Origin: a virus
Taxonomy: Duplodnaviria; Heunggongvirae; Uroviricota; Caudoviricetes
Length of the DNA: 16,021 nt
Strand: one strand, 5' to 3'
Virus record (IMG/VR): IMGVR_UViG_2713896785_000012
Position 1 is the first letter of the stretch. Every line of letters begins with the position of its first letter. The notes below the pieces were generated by a model. It was not told the DNA's origin. It did not search any database and worked only from the letters and a program-made list of their open reading frames with translations. Below are positions 15,854 to 16,021 of this stretch, in pieces. A program made the position numbers and the translations under genes.

Positions 15854-16021
15854 TTACAGTCCGATGATGTCGTCCGCTCTGCCACTACCTCCGGACACCT
15901 CCGGCAGCGTCGGGTCCGGCATACCACCCGCCGCTTCACGAGCAGACTTTTGTCGATGGCATTCGGTACAGAGCGTCCAGAGATTCGTCTCCTCATTACC
16001 ACCACCGAACTGAAGTGCAAT
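15854..16021 (-). CDS. HNH endonuclease, C-terminal 55 codons (gene starts beyond the window end)
   Basis: Minus-strand frame reads IALQFGGGNEETNLWTLCTECHRQKSAREAAGGMPDPTLPEVSGGSGRADDIIGL, stop TAA 15854..15856. The N..LW.LC..CH..K pattern is the C-terminal half of the HNH motif. Position next to the terminase is typical of cos-type HK97-like phages. Confidence 0.8.
   Translation of the reverse strand: MALQFGGGNEETNLWTLCTECHRQKSAREAAGGMPDPTLPEVSGGSGRADDIIGL

Noticed and set aside
15757-16020. 87-aa minus-strand ORF at the window end
   Set aside because: A different minus-strand frame over 15854..16021 gives a clean HNH endonuclease C-terminus, which is much better supported. The 87-aa frame is Arg/Cys-rich and would run through the packaging-site palindromes.
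1-16021. Embedded defence system, toxin-antitoxin pair, integrase, transposase or moron cargo gene
   Set aside because: I looked in every intergenic space and on the opposite strand. All gaps are 290 bp or less and contain only hairpins or palindromes; no ORF outside the structural set has a credible start and composition. The N-runs could hide sequence of unknown length, but lambda comparison suggests they mostly replace a few hundred bases of known genes.

Overview
This window is the late (DNA packaging, head and tail morphogenesis) operon of a lambdoid siphovirus-type phage or prophage from an enterobacterial host; every convincing gene is on the minus strand. I found no defence system, toxin, integrase, tRNA or CRISPR array; the window is a structural module, and the unusual points are architectural. 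Read right to left in the direction of transcription: the 3-prime end of an HNH endonuclease gene; a ~290-bp non-coding region dense in GTTAACAT palindromes that is a candidate cos/terminase-recognition region; terminase small and large subunits; one fused prohead protease-scaffold-major capsid gene; a small ORF; portal; a tandem-repeat structural protein; four head-tail joining genes; major tail protein with an Ig-like C-terminus; chaperones G and G-T with an A-AAA-AAG slippery site; tape measure protein; then lambda-like M, L, K, I and the start of J. Five runs of N interrupt J, I, the K/I junction, L and the repeat protein. Comparison with lambda shows they stand for longer missing sequence, so coordinates and reading frames across them are approximate. 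All homology statements rest on my recollection of protein families and of lambda protein sequences; no database search was run.
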